A stretch of 60,433 bases of DNA, filler included, from Methanobacteriota archaeon (GTDB lineage: Archaea; JACRDV01), in NCBI GenBank assembly GCA_024860865.1. It is 9 parts of 9 records of this genome, joined end to end, with 100 filler letters (N's around TTAATTAATTAA, not from the genome) between each part and the next. Parts side by side here need not be neighbours in the genome. Positions count along the whole stretch, not along the records: positions 24,127 to 38,529 come from JACRDV010000046.1; positions 38,630 to 42,822 come from JACRDV010000045.1; 7 more parts are not named here. One strand, 5' to 3'. Made by a program: the position numbers and the translations under genes. Every line of letters begins with the position of its first letter. Position 1 is the stretch's first letter. The notes beneath the pieces are model-generated. The model searched no databases, was not told where the DNA came from, and saw nothing but the letters and a program-made list of their open reading frames with translations. This document shows, one piece after another, positions 29,339-38,851 of this stretch.

Positions 29339-30937
29339 TTAGCGCAAGATTTTTGCTATGTAACCAATGCCCTTGGACTTGCCTTCTCTAAACAAGATCT
29401 TTTGTCCTTCAAAGATATAGTGTGGTGTGAACTTAAAAGTCATTCTAACTGTTCCAACATCTCCAGCTACCATATATTCTTTGCTAAGCGGTTCAAATAC
29501 AACAGCTTCCATTATCGTATCTGAGTGCACGACCGGTTCATATCCTCGTTTAATTCTGGTTGGATGATTGAGTATCATAACTTGGGCCTCAAACTGTTTA
29601 AATGCTTTTGGCTTAAGTTCTGAATCGCAAAGTATCATCCCTCTATCAACTTCCTCGTATTTCAACCCTTTAATAGAAATTCCAACTATATCTCCAGCTC
29701 TTGCCTTTTTCACTGGGTAGTGATGCATTTCAATTGAGCCGATTTTAATTTTCTTAAATTTTCCTTGAGCATCCGGCCCAAGCAAAACTTCCTTGCCCTC
29801 TTCAACAAATCCTTGTTTAATTGCTCCGCTAACAACTGTCCCGACACCAGTTACTGAATAAACTTTGTCAATATATAGTAAAAATGGTTTTGTAATTTCA
29901 ACTTCTAAAGTGCGTTTTGATAAATTAAAGAAAAGTTTGTCCAATAGACTGAGATTTTCTCCAGTAACAGCTGATGCTCTAATGATCGGGACAATTTGTC
30001 CTTCACTTAAAATTTGGGCGATAAACTTCATATCAGATTCAGGTTTAACCTTTAGAGGAATTTTTCCAACAATTTTTAATAAATGACCAATCTCTTTTTC
30101 AACTGAGTTTACTCGTTCTTCACTTACTCTATCGATTTTGGTTATTACGATAACTACTGGGATTTCCATGGCTAGTAAAATACCTAGGTGTTCTCTACTA
30201 ACATGGGTTGCTCCATCATCTGCAGCGATAGTCAACAACCCATAATCAAGCTTTGAGCCAACTAATCCTCTAATGGTTGTTCTAAGCCAGGGCTCATGTC
30301 CTACAGTATCAACAAATGAAATAAGTTTGCTTGATTTTTCAACTATGCTTGCTTCTTCAAATTTATTCAGAGGATTTTTTAGGTGAATCGGTGTGCCATC
30401 ATTATTGAAGCCATAAACAGTAAATGATAGATCGGCTGACAGACCCCGCTCAATTTCATGAGGGAGTACATCTAGAAATAATCTGGTCTTACCAGCTCCG
30501 TCATCAAGTTCACCAGTTATCAAACAGCCAACAAGTGTGGATTTGCCATGATCAACATGTCCCGCCGTACCGACCAAAATATGATCTTTCTCAAATGGCA
30601 GCCGAATTTTTTCAATAGTTACTTTGCCAACTAGCTTTCCATCAGTTGGATGCTTCTCAACCTTAGCAATTCTTGCCCCAATCTCTTTAGCAACAGATTC
30701 AAGAACATCTAAAGTCTCTCTAAATTGCTCTTCACTTAAGCCTCTAGGTGCTCCGTTGTCTGATACACCAACAAAATAGATGGCTTTTCCATTGCCCTCC
30801 AACATTCTATGCTTTAACTGGGCTACTAATCCTTGTTTTCTAAAATCCTTTAAGTGGATTGCTGAGGTTAGAAACTCTTTAAATTCAATATTTTTGCCTT
30901 CACCATGGCTTAGAATTTCGCTGAGTTTGCTATCCAT
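29339..30937 (-). CDS. GTPBP1/2-like translational GTPase with N-terminal AlbA_2-like domain
   Basis: NIEFKE, GHVDHGKST, DTVGHEPWLRTT, TKID. Confidence 0.9.
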   Translation of the reverse strand: MDSKLSEILSHGEGKNIEFKEFLTSAIHLKDFRKQGLVAQLKHRMLEGNGKAIYFVGVSDNGAPRGLSEEQFRETLDVLESVAKEIGARIAKVEKHPTDGKLVGKVTIEKIRLPFEKDHILVGTAGHVDHGKSTLVGCLITGELDDGAGKTRLFLDVLPHEIERGLSADLSFTVYGFNNDGTPIHLKNPLNKFEEASIVEKSSKLISFVDTVGHEPWLRTTIRGLVGSKLDYGLLTIAADDGATHVSREHLGILLAMEIPVVIVITKIDRVSEERVNSVEKEIGHLLKIVGKIPLKVKPESDMKFIAQILSEGQIVPIIRASAVTGENLSLLDKLFFNLSKRTLEVEITKPFLLYIDKVYSVTGVGTVVSGAIKQGFVEEGKEVLLGPDAQGKFKKIKIGSIEMHHYPVKKARAGDIVGISIKGLKYEEVDRGMILCDSELKPKAFKQFEAQVMILNHPTRIKRGYEPVVHSDTIMEAVVFEPLSKEYMVAGDVGTVRMTFKFTPHYIFEGQKILFREGKSKGIGYIAKILR

Positions 30938-30943
30938 TTTAAT

Positions 30944-31789
30944 TCATTCCCTTACCTGAAAATCAACAACAACGTGATAGGTTCCAGGCGAATACTCTTT
31001 AATCATTCTTTTTTCCAGAATTTTTATCTTTTTACCAGTTGCAGTTGTTATTGACTCAATATGGTTTATTGGCTGCTCAAATAAAAATTTAGCGGGCGAA
31101 ACCTCATGGTAATGTATTATTCCACTAGGTTTAACCAATTCAAAGGCTTTTGGCAGAAATTGCTCTGTATTTCTTAAATAACCCATAATTATTCGATCAG
31201 CTTTAGCAAGCTCAACTTCCCTGCAATCGCCCAAGATTGGGGTCATTACATACTCTAAACGGTTAAGTTTGATATTCTCGGATAGATAGTGAAATGTCAC
31301 TGGATTAATTTCAATTCCAAAAACTTTTTTTGGCTTTGAATGAACTGCCATTGGAATACAAAACTGCCCAACGCCAGCAAACATGTCTATTACTGTTTCA
31401 TTTGGATTAGAAATGAAAGCCATCCTTTTTCGCTCATAGTGGTTGCCAAATGAAAACATTAACTTAGCCGGATCGATTTTAAATTTACAGCCAAGCTCTC
31501 TGTGAATAGTTTCTGTATTTGAGTCTCCGGCTAATACTTCGATTTTTTGTTCTCTAATATCTCCGACAATTTTTAGTTGTTGAACTGCGCTTCGAATTCT
31601 AGGGCCATACATTTCCAGAAATGCCTGACCAATAAGATTTCTCTTTTCGTTAAGTTTTGGATTAAGTCGAATAATGAGAATGTCTCCTAAAATTTCCCAG
31701 CCACTGGGCAATAAATTGAGTTCTTCGGTTATTAATTTCTCCTTTAGGAGGTTTATCAATGTAGTTCTTGAAATTTCATATTTTGTCAT
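30944..31789 (-). CDS. Trm5/Taw2 family tRNA modification enzyme
   Basis: DMFAGVGQF, EINP, ADRIIMGY. Confidence 0.88.
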   Translation of the reverse strand: MTKYEISRTTLINLLKEKLITEELNLLPSGWEILGDILIIRLNPKLNEKRNLIGQAFLEMYGPRIRSAVQQLKIVGDIREQKIEVLAGDSNTETIHRELGCKFKIDPAKLMFSFGNHYERKRMAFISNPNETVIDMFAGVGQFCIPMAVHSKPKKVFGIEINPVTFHYLSENIKLNRLEYVMTPILGDCREVELAKADRIIMGYLRNTEQFLPKAFELVKPSGIIHYHEVSPAKFLFEQPINHIESITTATGKKIKILEKRMIKEYSPGTYHVVVDFQVRE

Positions 31790-31993
31790 TCTTGACCAAA
31801 TTAAAAACTTTTAATAACATTCAGAACTTTTTAATATTAAATACACTTACCTTGTATTGTAATTAATTTTTATGAATTGTTTACAATAAATGCCCTTCTT
31901 GGAGTAGGCATGATAACTCCTAGTAATTTAAAGCCTCTTTAAAACAAAAAGGAACTTTTTCAAAGAGCATAATTTTGTTAATATAATGCTTTT

Positions 31994-32413
31994 CTATTTT
32001 TGAAAAACTATTGGATCGATTCTTTTTATTTTTGGAATTTTATCGAAATCTTTATCCGCTGATATTATCTCGGTTACTCCAAGTTTTCTCATCGTGGCAA
32101 TATGTAAACAATCATATGAGCTTATTCGAAATTTCTCATAAAATTCAATAGCTTCTCGTGTTATACCATAGTCAATATCATTTATAACCATATCTAAAGA
32201 ATAAATTGCGTCTGTCATATCTTTGACCTCATTTTCAAAACCATATTTTCTCAAGGCATTTGCAACTTCTAAAATAACTAATGTAGAAATAGCAGCTTTA
32301 ATTTTGCCTTCTTCAATATTTTGAATAATATTTGCACAAGCTTCTCCATATTTAGCATCTAAAATTTTAGCATAAAAGAAAATATTGCTATCAACGTATT
32401 TTGATAATTCCAA
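31994..32413 (-). CDS. vapC: VapC PIN toxin
   Basis: YVDSNIF, YDCLHIATM, IISADKDFD. Confidence 0.9.
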   Translation of the reverse strand: MELSKYVDSNIFFYAKILDAKYGEACANIIQNIEEGKIKAAISTLVILEVANALRKYGFENEVKDMTDAIYSLDMVINDIDYGITREAIEFYEKFRISSYDCLHIATMRKLGVTEIISADKDFDKIPKIKRIDPIVFQK

Positions 32414-32415
32414 AA

Positions 32416-32649
32416 CTATCTACGCTCTATTTTTTCTTCTAACTCTTCAATAGGTACGCTTCGCTTGAATTTTTTCGTACCAATAAGAATTTTGGCAGGC
32501 GCTTTTAACCTCCGAAACCTTTTAATTAAAATTTCTTCTTTGCTTAGTTGTTTCACTATTACCCTTTCGCCAGGTTTAAGTCCGATTTCCTCCCGTACTT
32601 TTTTTGGTATAGTTATTTGGAATTTTTCAGTAACTTTATTTGTTTCCAT
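32416..32649 (-). CDS. AbrB/MazE-type antitoxin
   Basis: KVTEKFQITIPKKVREEIGLKPGERV; tandem AGTATACT palindromes upstream at 32651-32673. Confidence 0.9.
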   Translation of the reverse strand: METNKVTEKFQITIPKKVREEIGLKPGERVIVKQLSKEEILIKRFRRLKAPAKILIGTKKFKRSVPIEELEEKIERR

Positions 32650-32719
32650 GAGTATACTAGTATACTGTATACTATAAATAATTTGCTTATTTAAAAGTAA
32701 AATTGCTACAATTTCAATG

Positions 32720-33832
32720 CTATTCAACTACATAAATTGTTTTATCAATCTTGAGAATGCTAAGTTCTTTGCTGGCTTTAATACCTATCAATGATTTAGG
32801 CCTTTGAACATCAATTGGCTGATAAGTTTTAGGATCAAGTATCTGTAGTTTATCAGGCGTTACAGCTGAAACTAATGCACTTTGAACATCTTCTCTTTTG
32901 GCTGCAAGTTGAATTTTCTCTCTTTCAATTTGTTTCCAAGGCAAAAAAATTTTCTCGCGCGTAAGTAAATTTAATCCAATTATTTTTTGCCCATCTAATT
33001 CTTCAATTCTATGGATTGCCCCTCTATATTCAAAGAAATCTTTGACTCTAAATGCGGGTAATCTAATAGAAACTGTTGTTCGGTAAAGCTTTCGGCCTTT
33101 ATTTCGATCCCAGCCAGTTTGCCTTGATGTCTCTTTCATTTTTCCTCCAAATTTAGCTTGAATCGAATTTACAAGGTATTTAGCTATATGAAGCGAACCT
33201 AAGTAGAAATCTAGTCCCTCAGCTTTTTCTTCAAGCTCTGAAATAAAAGCACCAGGATCTCCTTTTTTTGCAAATTTTTCGATCTCAGCAGTGACTAAAT
33301 TTTTGATTGTTTTATTTTCAAAATCAGTAAGCTTTCGTTCATCTGCTCTTATTTGTAGGATTGCCTGATATTCCTTGCGAGCTGCCTTTGAGCATTTTGG
33401 ACAGGTGACTAGATCAATGATAATATCGACTTCAAATTCTTCTTCATGAGGAATTTTTTGAGCAGGATGAATAACTCCGTAAGCCTTGACTTTAATCGGT
33501 ATGATCGCTTTAGCTCTTAAAGCACGAGCTATTTCTGAGAAACTTGGTTCAATTGAAATCCTTGTTTTTTTAGCATTTTTTGCGAGCTTAATAGATTTTT
33601 CAACTGCTAATATCGCTGCCTCTTGGAGAACATCATTAAATTTAACTGCTTTTGGTTGAACCCATTTTCCTTTCCATTTATAGCTTGCGCAATTGAAACA
33701 AGCTTCAAGAAAAATTTCTTTGGGAACTTCTAACAAAGGGTACTCTAGAGTAAAGCATGTTTGGCAAAGCCCTTCTATTAATGGCCTTTCTCGCGTCTCT
33801 TCGGTCCCGCAGTTAGGGCAGAATCTTGCCAA
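32720..33832 (-). CDS. nmd3: NMD3 family ribosome biogenesis protein
   Basis: FCPNCG, LCQTC, CFNC, CPKC, YQAILQIR. Confidence 0.88.
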   Translation of the reverse strand: MARFCPNCGTEETRERPLIEGLCQTCFTLEYPLLEVPKEIFLEACFNCASYKWKGKWVQPKAVKFNDVLQEAAILAVEKSIKLAKNAKKTRISIEPSFSEIARALRAKAIIPIKVKAYGVIHPAQKIPHEEEFEVDIIIDLVTCPKCSKAARKEYQAILQIRADERKLTDFENKTIKNLVTAEIEKFAKKGDPGAFISELEEKAEGLDFYLGSLHIAKYLVNSIQAKFGGKMKETSRQTGWDRNKGRKLYRTTVSIRLPAFRVKDFFEYRGAIHRIEELDGQKIIGLNLLTREKIFLPWKQIEREKIQLAAKREDVQSALVSAVTPDKLQILDPKTYQPIDVQRPKSLIGIKASKELSILKIDKTIYVVE

Positions 33833-33875
33833 AAGTGAATCACCTATATGTCTGTAATAAAGCAAATGTAAAAAA

Positions 33876-34172
33876 TTAAAGGCGTAAAAACTGAGCGTGG
33901 GGAATTCCATCTATTTTAATAATACTATTCTGGCCAATTAGATTTTCTCTAATAGCTCTCTTAATTATTCTATTACCAATCAAATTTCCAATAGTAGCTT
34001 CTTTGAGCGCTTTGACTGCTATTTCGATGTTAACCTTTTTAGTTCCATAAAAAGCTTCACTAACTTCTAGTTTAAATTCGCCTTCGCGAAAAATTTTTCC
34101 TAAAAGCTCGGCATCACAAACTGCTACTAAAATCTCACCTCTGGTTTTAATTACATTTAAACAATATTCCAA
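33876..34172 (-). CDS. DUF424 protein
   Basis: LVAVCDAELLGK, FYG, ATIGNLIG, GIPHAQ. Confidence 0.88.
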   Translation of the reverse strand: MEYCLNVIKTRGEILVAVCDAELLGKIFREGEFKLEVSEAFYGTKKVNIEIAVKALKEATIGNLIGNRIIKRAIRENLIGQNSIIKIDGIPHAQFLRL

Positions 34173-34538
34173 TTATTTCACTAACCTGAATATTTTTCGT
34201 TGATATTTGAATAAAATTATGAATAACAGAAAATAAAAAGGTTTGGAATGCGCTTTTTTGAAGTTAAAACCTAAAAGAAAAGAGAAAAATTGTTAACGAC
34301 AGGAATAGAGTAGTTAGTGGGGAAGAATCGGGTATTTTCTGAAAGTTTTTAGACCGTAATTAGCGCAGAATAAAACAAAAGAAGAATGGCAACCTTTATT
34401 GCTTACATCGACTCTGGTGCTGTTAGTTAGAACTCAGTCCAAACTATTTCTCCAACAACAAAATTTTCTGCGTCATCATATTATTGTACGTGAAAATATT
34501 TTATACTTGAATCTCATGGTGATTTTTGGATTAAGTTT

Positions 34539-34602
34539 GTTACTATGATAGTAACTTTCTCCTTGGATAGAAAAAGATTTAAATTGTTACGACTATAGTA
34601 AC
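34539..34602 (+). promoter_or_regulatory. Two 17-bp inverted-repeat operators of the AbiE-type operon
   Basis: GTTACTATGATAGTAAC 34539-55 and GTTACGACTATAGTAAC 34586-602 flanking TTTAAA. Confidence 0.7.
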
Positions 34603-34605
34603 ATT

Positions 34606-35424
34606 ATGGCACTAAAATTCACCACAGAACCTCTGAGTCATTTAGAGCAAAAAATCTATCTAATTTTGGAAAGCGAAGGAAGGAACGTTTTCACACTTGA
34701 AGAACTGAAGAAATTAAAACTTCCAATAAAGTATGGCCACTTGCGAGTGCTTCTACATCGCTTAGAAAAGAAAGGGTGGATAACTTCTGTTCGAAAAGGA
34801 GTTTATCTACGCTTGCCAGCAGTGGCTGCTGTTGAGGGCAAAGTTTACCTTGAAGATCCATTTGCCGTTACTTTGAAAGTATTTGATGGATACTTAGCTT
34901 TCCAGAGTGCATTGAGAGTTCATGGACTAAGTGAATATCAGCCTTTCACAATTTTTATAGCAACGAAGAACAAATCAGAAACTCTCAAACTTTTAAAACA
35001 GTATGAAGTCAAGGCAATCAAGCTTGGGGAGAGGTATACTGGATTTGAGAAAAAAGATAATTATCTGGTGTCTTCTGTAGCTAAGACTTTCTTCGATTGC
35101 TTCTATCATCCCCAGCATGCAGGCGGATACTCTGAAGTTCTTAAATCGTTGCACGCTTGCAAAGAGATGGACTGGAATGAATTCCTTTCCTATTTCAAGA
35201 AGTTCGCTTCGAACAGCTTATGCCAGAAGGTTGGCTATCTTTTAACTCTGCTCAAAGAAACAGACTACAAAGTTCCAAATCGAGTGATTGAATACTTAAA
35301 GAATCGAGTTCGTGTAAAGACACGTCTTGATTCAAAGATATCTGGAGGAAAACTAAACAAAGACTGGCTTATAATTGACAACTTGGGCAAAATGGAATTA
35401 CTTTCATGGTGGTTGCATGGTTGA
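34606..35424 (+). CDS. Type IV TA antitoxin, AbiEi family
   Basis: wHTH RLEKKGWI..VRKGVY, YLAFQSALRVHGL, KTFFDC. Confidence 0.88.
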   Translation: MALKFTTEPLSHLEQKIYLILESEGRNVFTLEELKKLKLPIKYGHLRVLLHRLEKKGWITSVRKGVYLRLPAVAAVEGKVYLEDPFAVTLKVFDGYLAFQSALRVHGLSEYQPFTIFIATKNKSETLKLLKQYEVKAIKLGERYTGFEKKDNYLVSSVAKTFFDCFYHPQHAGGYSEVLKSLHACKEMDWNEFLSYFKKFASNSLCQKVGYLLTLLKETDYKVPNRVIEYLKNRVRVKTRLDSKISGGKLNKDWLIIDNLGKMELLSWWLHG

Positions 35425-36226
35425 ACTGAGAGAAGCAAGAAAAATAGCTGCAAAGATTGGCTTAGGACTCCAGTATGTTTTGAAAGAAGCGAGAGTCTTT
35501 GATATATGGGCGAAGCTCAGTCCGATTATACTATCAAAAGAATTGGCCTCTCAGATCACCATAATCTGCAAAGGTGGTACAGTACTAAACAAGGTTTTTC
35601 TCAAGGGTATAGGAAGATTTTCTGAGGATTTGGATTTCGATGCATACTTTACAAAAAAGCTTAGCAAGAAGGAAAAGATGGCGTTCCTAGATAAGAACGT
35701 TTTATTCAATCTCAGGACCAGCTATCAAATAGAAAGACCAAGATTGATGAAGGATGTTGTAAGGTTTACCTGTAGTTTTGTAAATGAAATGGGAGCACAG
35801 GACTGTGTTTTTGTTGAGTTTAACCTGGAGCCAAAAGGCTATAGCGCTTCTGAGATCAAGGAAGCTTACAGTGAGATATTGAACATAGCGCCGGTCAAAA
35901 TTCCATCATACTCGTTTCCAGTTCTTGTAGCGAAAAAGATCAAGACATTCTATGAAAGAGGGAGCGGAAAAGATCTCTATGACATTTTCTATAGCCTTAA
36001 AATGGTGAAAGATGTTAAAGAAATAATTAATGTGCTAAAGAGCGTTTTGAAATTCGAGGGAATTGAATACAAAGATTTTGTTAAGGAATTCATCAGAAAA
36101 CTTGGTGATGAGAAAAGCATAGCAAGAGTGCATGCATCGACGAATCCTTACATCCCAAGAAAGCTAAGGGTTGACTGGATTGAAATTGCGGCGAAAGTGA
36201 AGGATGAGCTAGAACCTTATTTGTGA
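35417..36226 (+). CDS. Type IV TA nucleotidyltransferase toxin, AbiEii family
   Basis: KGGTVL, RFSEDLDFD, KDLYD. Confidence 0.9.
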   Translation: MVELREARKIAAKIGLGLQYVLKEARVFDIWAKLSPIILSKELASQITIICKGGTVLNKVFLKGIGRFSEDLDFDAYFTKKLSKKEKMAFLDKNVLFNLRTSYQIERPRLMKDVVRFTCSFVNEMGAQDCVFVEFNLEPKGYSASEIKEAYSEILNIAPVKIPSYSFPVLVAKKIKTFYERGSGKDLYDIFYSLKMVKDVKEIINVLKSVLKFEGIEYKDFVKEFIRKLGDEKSIARVHASTNPYIPRKLRVDWIEIAAKVKDELEPYL

Positions 36227-36520
36227 GTTTAACGAAATTGAACTTCTTGTTAATCGCTTGCATGTTTTCTCTGAGCACAGCACATAACGCAAAAATTTTA
36301 TGCATTTAAATCTATGCTTCTATCTCTAAATAAATACATGTTTTAAGGTTATTTCATTAAGCGCAGCTTTTTTTAAAGAAAATTCTTATCTGAACAATAA
36401 GAGATTTTTATCTGAACGATAAGGATAGTAGAGTCTTTTACAGCAGCACTTAGTAGTGGCTTTGCTCTTTATTTTTAAAAATTTTTAAAGAATAATTTTT
36501 AAACTTTTGTTATTCTCACT

Positions 36521-36934
36521 TTAGAAGCTTCTAACAGGGGCTCTTGCGCCACATGCCTCGCAAAGCAAATAGTACATTCGCTCTTGTTTTACGATCAGCG
36601 TATCAGGCTTATGACACTCATGGCAAATTATAAACTCATTTACATATGCTTTAATTCTATCATTTAATAAGTGACTTGAAAATTTTCCTTGGAAAACAGC
36701 TCTGGTAGGTTCAAGGTTGCCTGCAGTTGCAAGCTCTTTCGATAAATACTTCATAAGATGTTTAGGATCTCGATTAAGTTTGCTAGCTACTTCACGGATA
36801 TTTTGAATAATTGTTTGATTACCTTCTACAAAAGAAGTGATTTCTGGAATTTTAAATCGCACATCTTCTAAAGTTTTTTTAGGCAACTTAGCTTGAGCGC
36901 GCTCAAGCAAGCTTTCATATTTATATTCCGTCAT
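36521..36934 (-). CDS. Translation initiation factor aIF2 beta subunit
   Basis: YESLLERA, LNRDPKHL, ELATAG, CHECHKPDT, CEACGA. Confidence 0.95.
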   Translation of the reverse strand: MTEYKYESLLERAQAKLPKKTLEDVRFKIPEITSFVEGNQTIIQNIREVASKLNRDPKHLMKYLSKELATAGNLEPTRAVFQGKFSSHLLNDRIKAYVNEFIICHECHKPDTLIVKQERMYYLLCEACGARAPVRSF

Positions 36935-37075
36935 TTTCTCTCCTTTTAACTCTGTGTATTTTTTATCTCTTTTTAGTTGTGCCAAAACCAATTCTCAACA
37001 AATCTTATCTTTAGATTCTAAATTGCCTAACTTTCCTACTAATTTTTTTGCCTTAGCTTAGTATTAATTTGAAAT

Positions 37076-37618
37076 TTACTCCTTCCCTTCTTCAACCGAC
37101 TCTTCAACAACTATTTCTTCTAATGTTGGTTTTGGTTCAATTTTCTTAGGTACTACAACTTTTTCTGGAAGTTTGATGGCTTTCTTTTTAATAGGTTTGC
37201 CTACCTTCAAGCTCAAAAGCTCAAGCTCGCGCAAAAGCTCCCAATTAGGGTCTTCAATTTTTGTTATTAATTCTCCAACTAAATAAACCTCTCCCTCGCG
37301 CTCTTTAACTCTTCCAATTATATCTACAATATCTCCAATATTTGCTTCTTCAAGTAAAGCTCTTTTTTCTTCAAAGCACCAAACCCTGATCGTCTCTGTT
37401 CCATCATCAACTCGGATGAATAATGGATTTCCATCATCAGCTAGGAACTTATACACAACTGTTCCCAATATCCTTGCCCTTGAAACTCTTAATCCAAATG
37501 GAGTTAATAAGTAGCTCGGCTCATATTCTCCTTCGCTTGGGTAAAACTCTCCATTTATAAGTTCTTTAACATGGACTTTATATGCAGTGAGTCTTCTTGA
37601 TGTGACATTTATTTCCAT
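37076..37618 (-). CDS. RPA32-like OB-fold ssDNA-binding protein
   Basis: RRLTAYKV, VSRARILGTVV, VDDGTETIRV, IEDPNWELL. Confidence 0.8.
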   Translation of the reverse strand: MEINVTSRRLTAYKVHVKELINGEFYPSEGEYEPSYLLTPFGLRVSRARILGTVVYKFLADDGNPLFIRVDDGTETIRVWCFEEKRALLEEANIGDIVDIIGRVKEREGEVYLVGELITKIEDPNWELLRELELLSLKVGKPIKKKAIKLPEKVVVPKKIEPKPTLEEIVVEESVEEGKE

Positions 37619-38031
37619 TCTAAAAACCTCTAGAAAGCCTAGTAGCAAGCAATAGAAAATACTTTCGATGTTGTGCTTTGATTCTCTCAACAAAAAAGAA
37701 ATTTAAAGAAAATTATTGAAGCAAAAAATAATTTGAAGCTAGAATGTTTATCTCAAAAAATTAGCTGCCATTCTGCCACTACTCACTAGCACTCGGCGAG
37801 GGCTTCAATCTTGATTTAATCTCATCTACTTTCTTGCACAGAGCTCTCCAAACGCTCACCGGCGGTGTTTCCAGCGAGGCACCAGCAGTTCTCTTCTTCG
37901 AACTTTTTTATAGATAATTTCGCGAGAATACCATTCGCTTTTAGCTGATAGATGAATCGCGAATACTTCCGGTGACCTCCCCCTCCACTTGTGCCATATG
38001 CTGCAAGGTAGGGGCTGACTTGAAGTGGTGG

Positions 38032-38488
38032 ATGCCCTATGCTTTAGCATTGTACTGCAATGGGCATATCGCTTCTTCAAGGCTATCTTGCCCAAATTCA
38101 AGGAGTGTCGGTTTTTCTATCCGAGTCAAGCCTGATCATAGGTCAATTGAGCAAGGCCCTAATCACAAAAATTAGAGAATGCGACTTATTCATTGTTCTT
38201 TATAGTAAGAATTCCCAGAGCTCAACATATGTTCAACAGGAAATAGGTGTTGCAAAAGGCAATAACAAAATTATAATTCCTATACTACTGGACGCAGACG
38301 CTAGACCAGATGCCATGTTACAAGGTGTCAGCTATCTTTCAATCTACGATGAAGAAAAGAGAAATAGGCAGTTACCATTGTTATATAACTACATTCTGCA
38401 AGAGTCGCAGAGGAAGAATGCTTCTCAAGCACTTTTAGTATTGGGTGTCATTATACTGTTGGGCTATGCACTATTTAGAGATAGATAA
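38032..38488 (+). pseudogene. TIR-domain protein with C-terminal TM helix, N-terminus apparently decayed
   Basis: IRECDLFIVLYSKNSQSSTYVQQEIGVA...IIPI; the usual FISHS first strand is out of frame or degenerate. Confidence 0.6.
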
Positions 38489-38629
38489 TTATGAAGCAAA
38501 AATCAAAATTCAAAACGAACTGAGATAGGNNNNNNNNNNNNNNNNNNNNNNNNNNNNNNNNNNNNNNNNNNNNTTAATTAATTAANNNNNNNNNNNNNNN
38601 NNNNNNNNNNNNNNNNNNNNNNNNNNNNN

Positions 38630-38845
38630 GCAGCTGAGGCAGAAGAGATTAATATCATTAAAATAACAGAGCGGAAAGCATTAGAAGAAATCGCTAAACT
38701 AAGATTATCCACTCAGCAAAAAGCTTCAGAAGAAGCTAACAAGTTGATTAGAGAAAGCGAAGAATATGTAAAACTCCTCAAACAAAAGAGCGAAAAAAAT
38801 CTAATTAAAGCAACAACTTCTATTGTTAGCGCAGTCCTAGGTTAG
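38630..38845 (+). CDS. atpH: A-type ATP synthase subunit H (3' part)
   Basis: Charged helical ORF directly upstream of subunit I. Confidence 0.7.
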   Translation, partial: AAEAEEINIIKITERKALEEIAKLRLSTQQKASEEANKLIRESEEYVKLLKQKSEKNLIKATTSIVSAVLG

Positions 38846-38851
38846 TTAACA

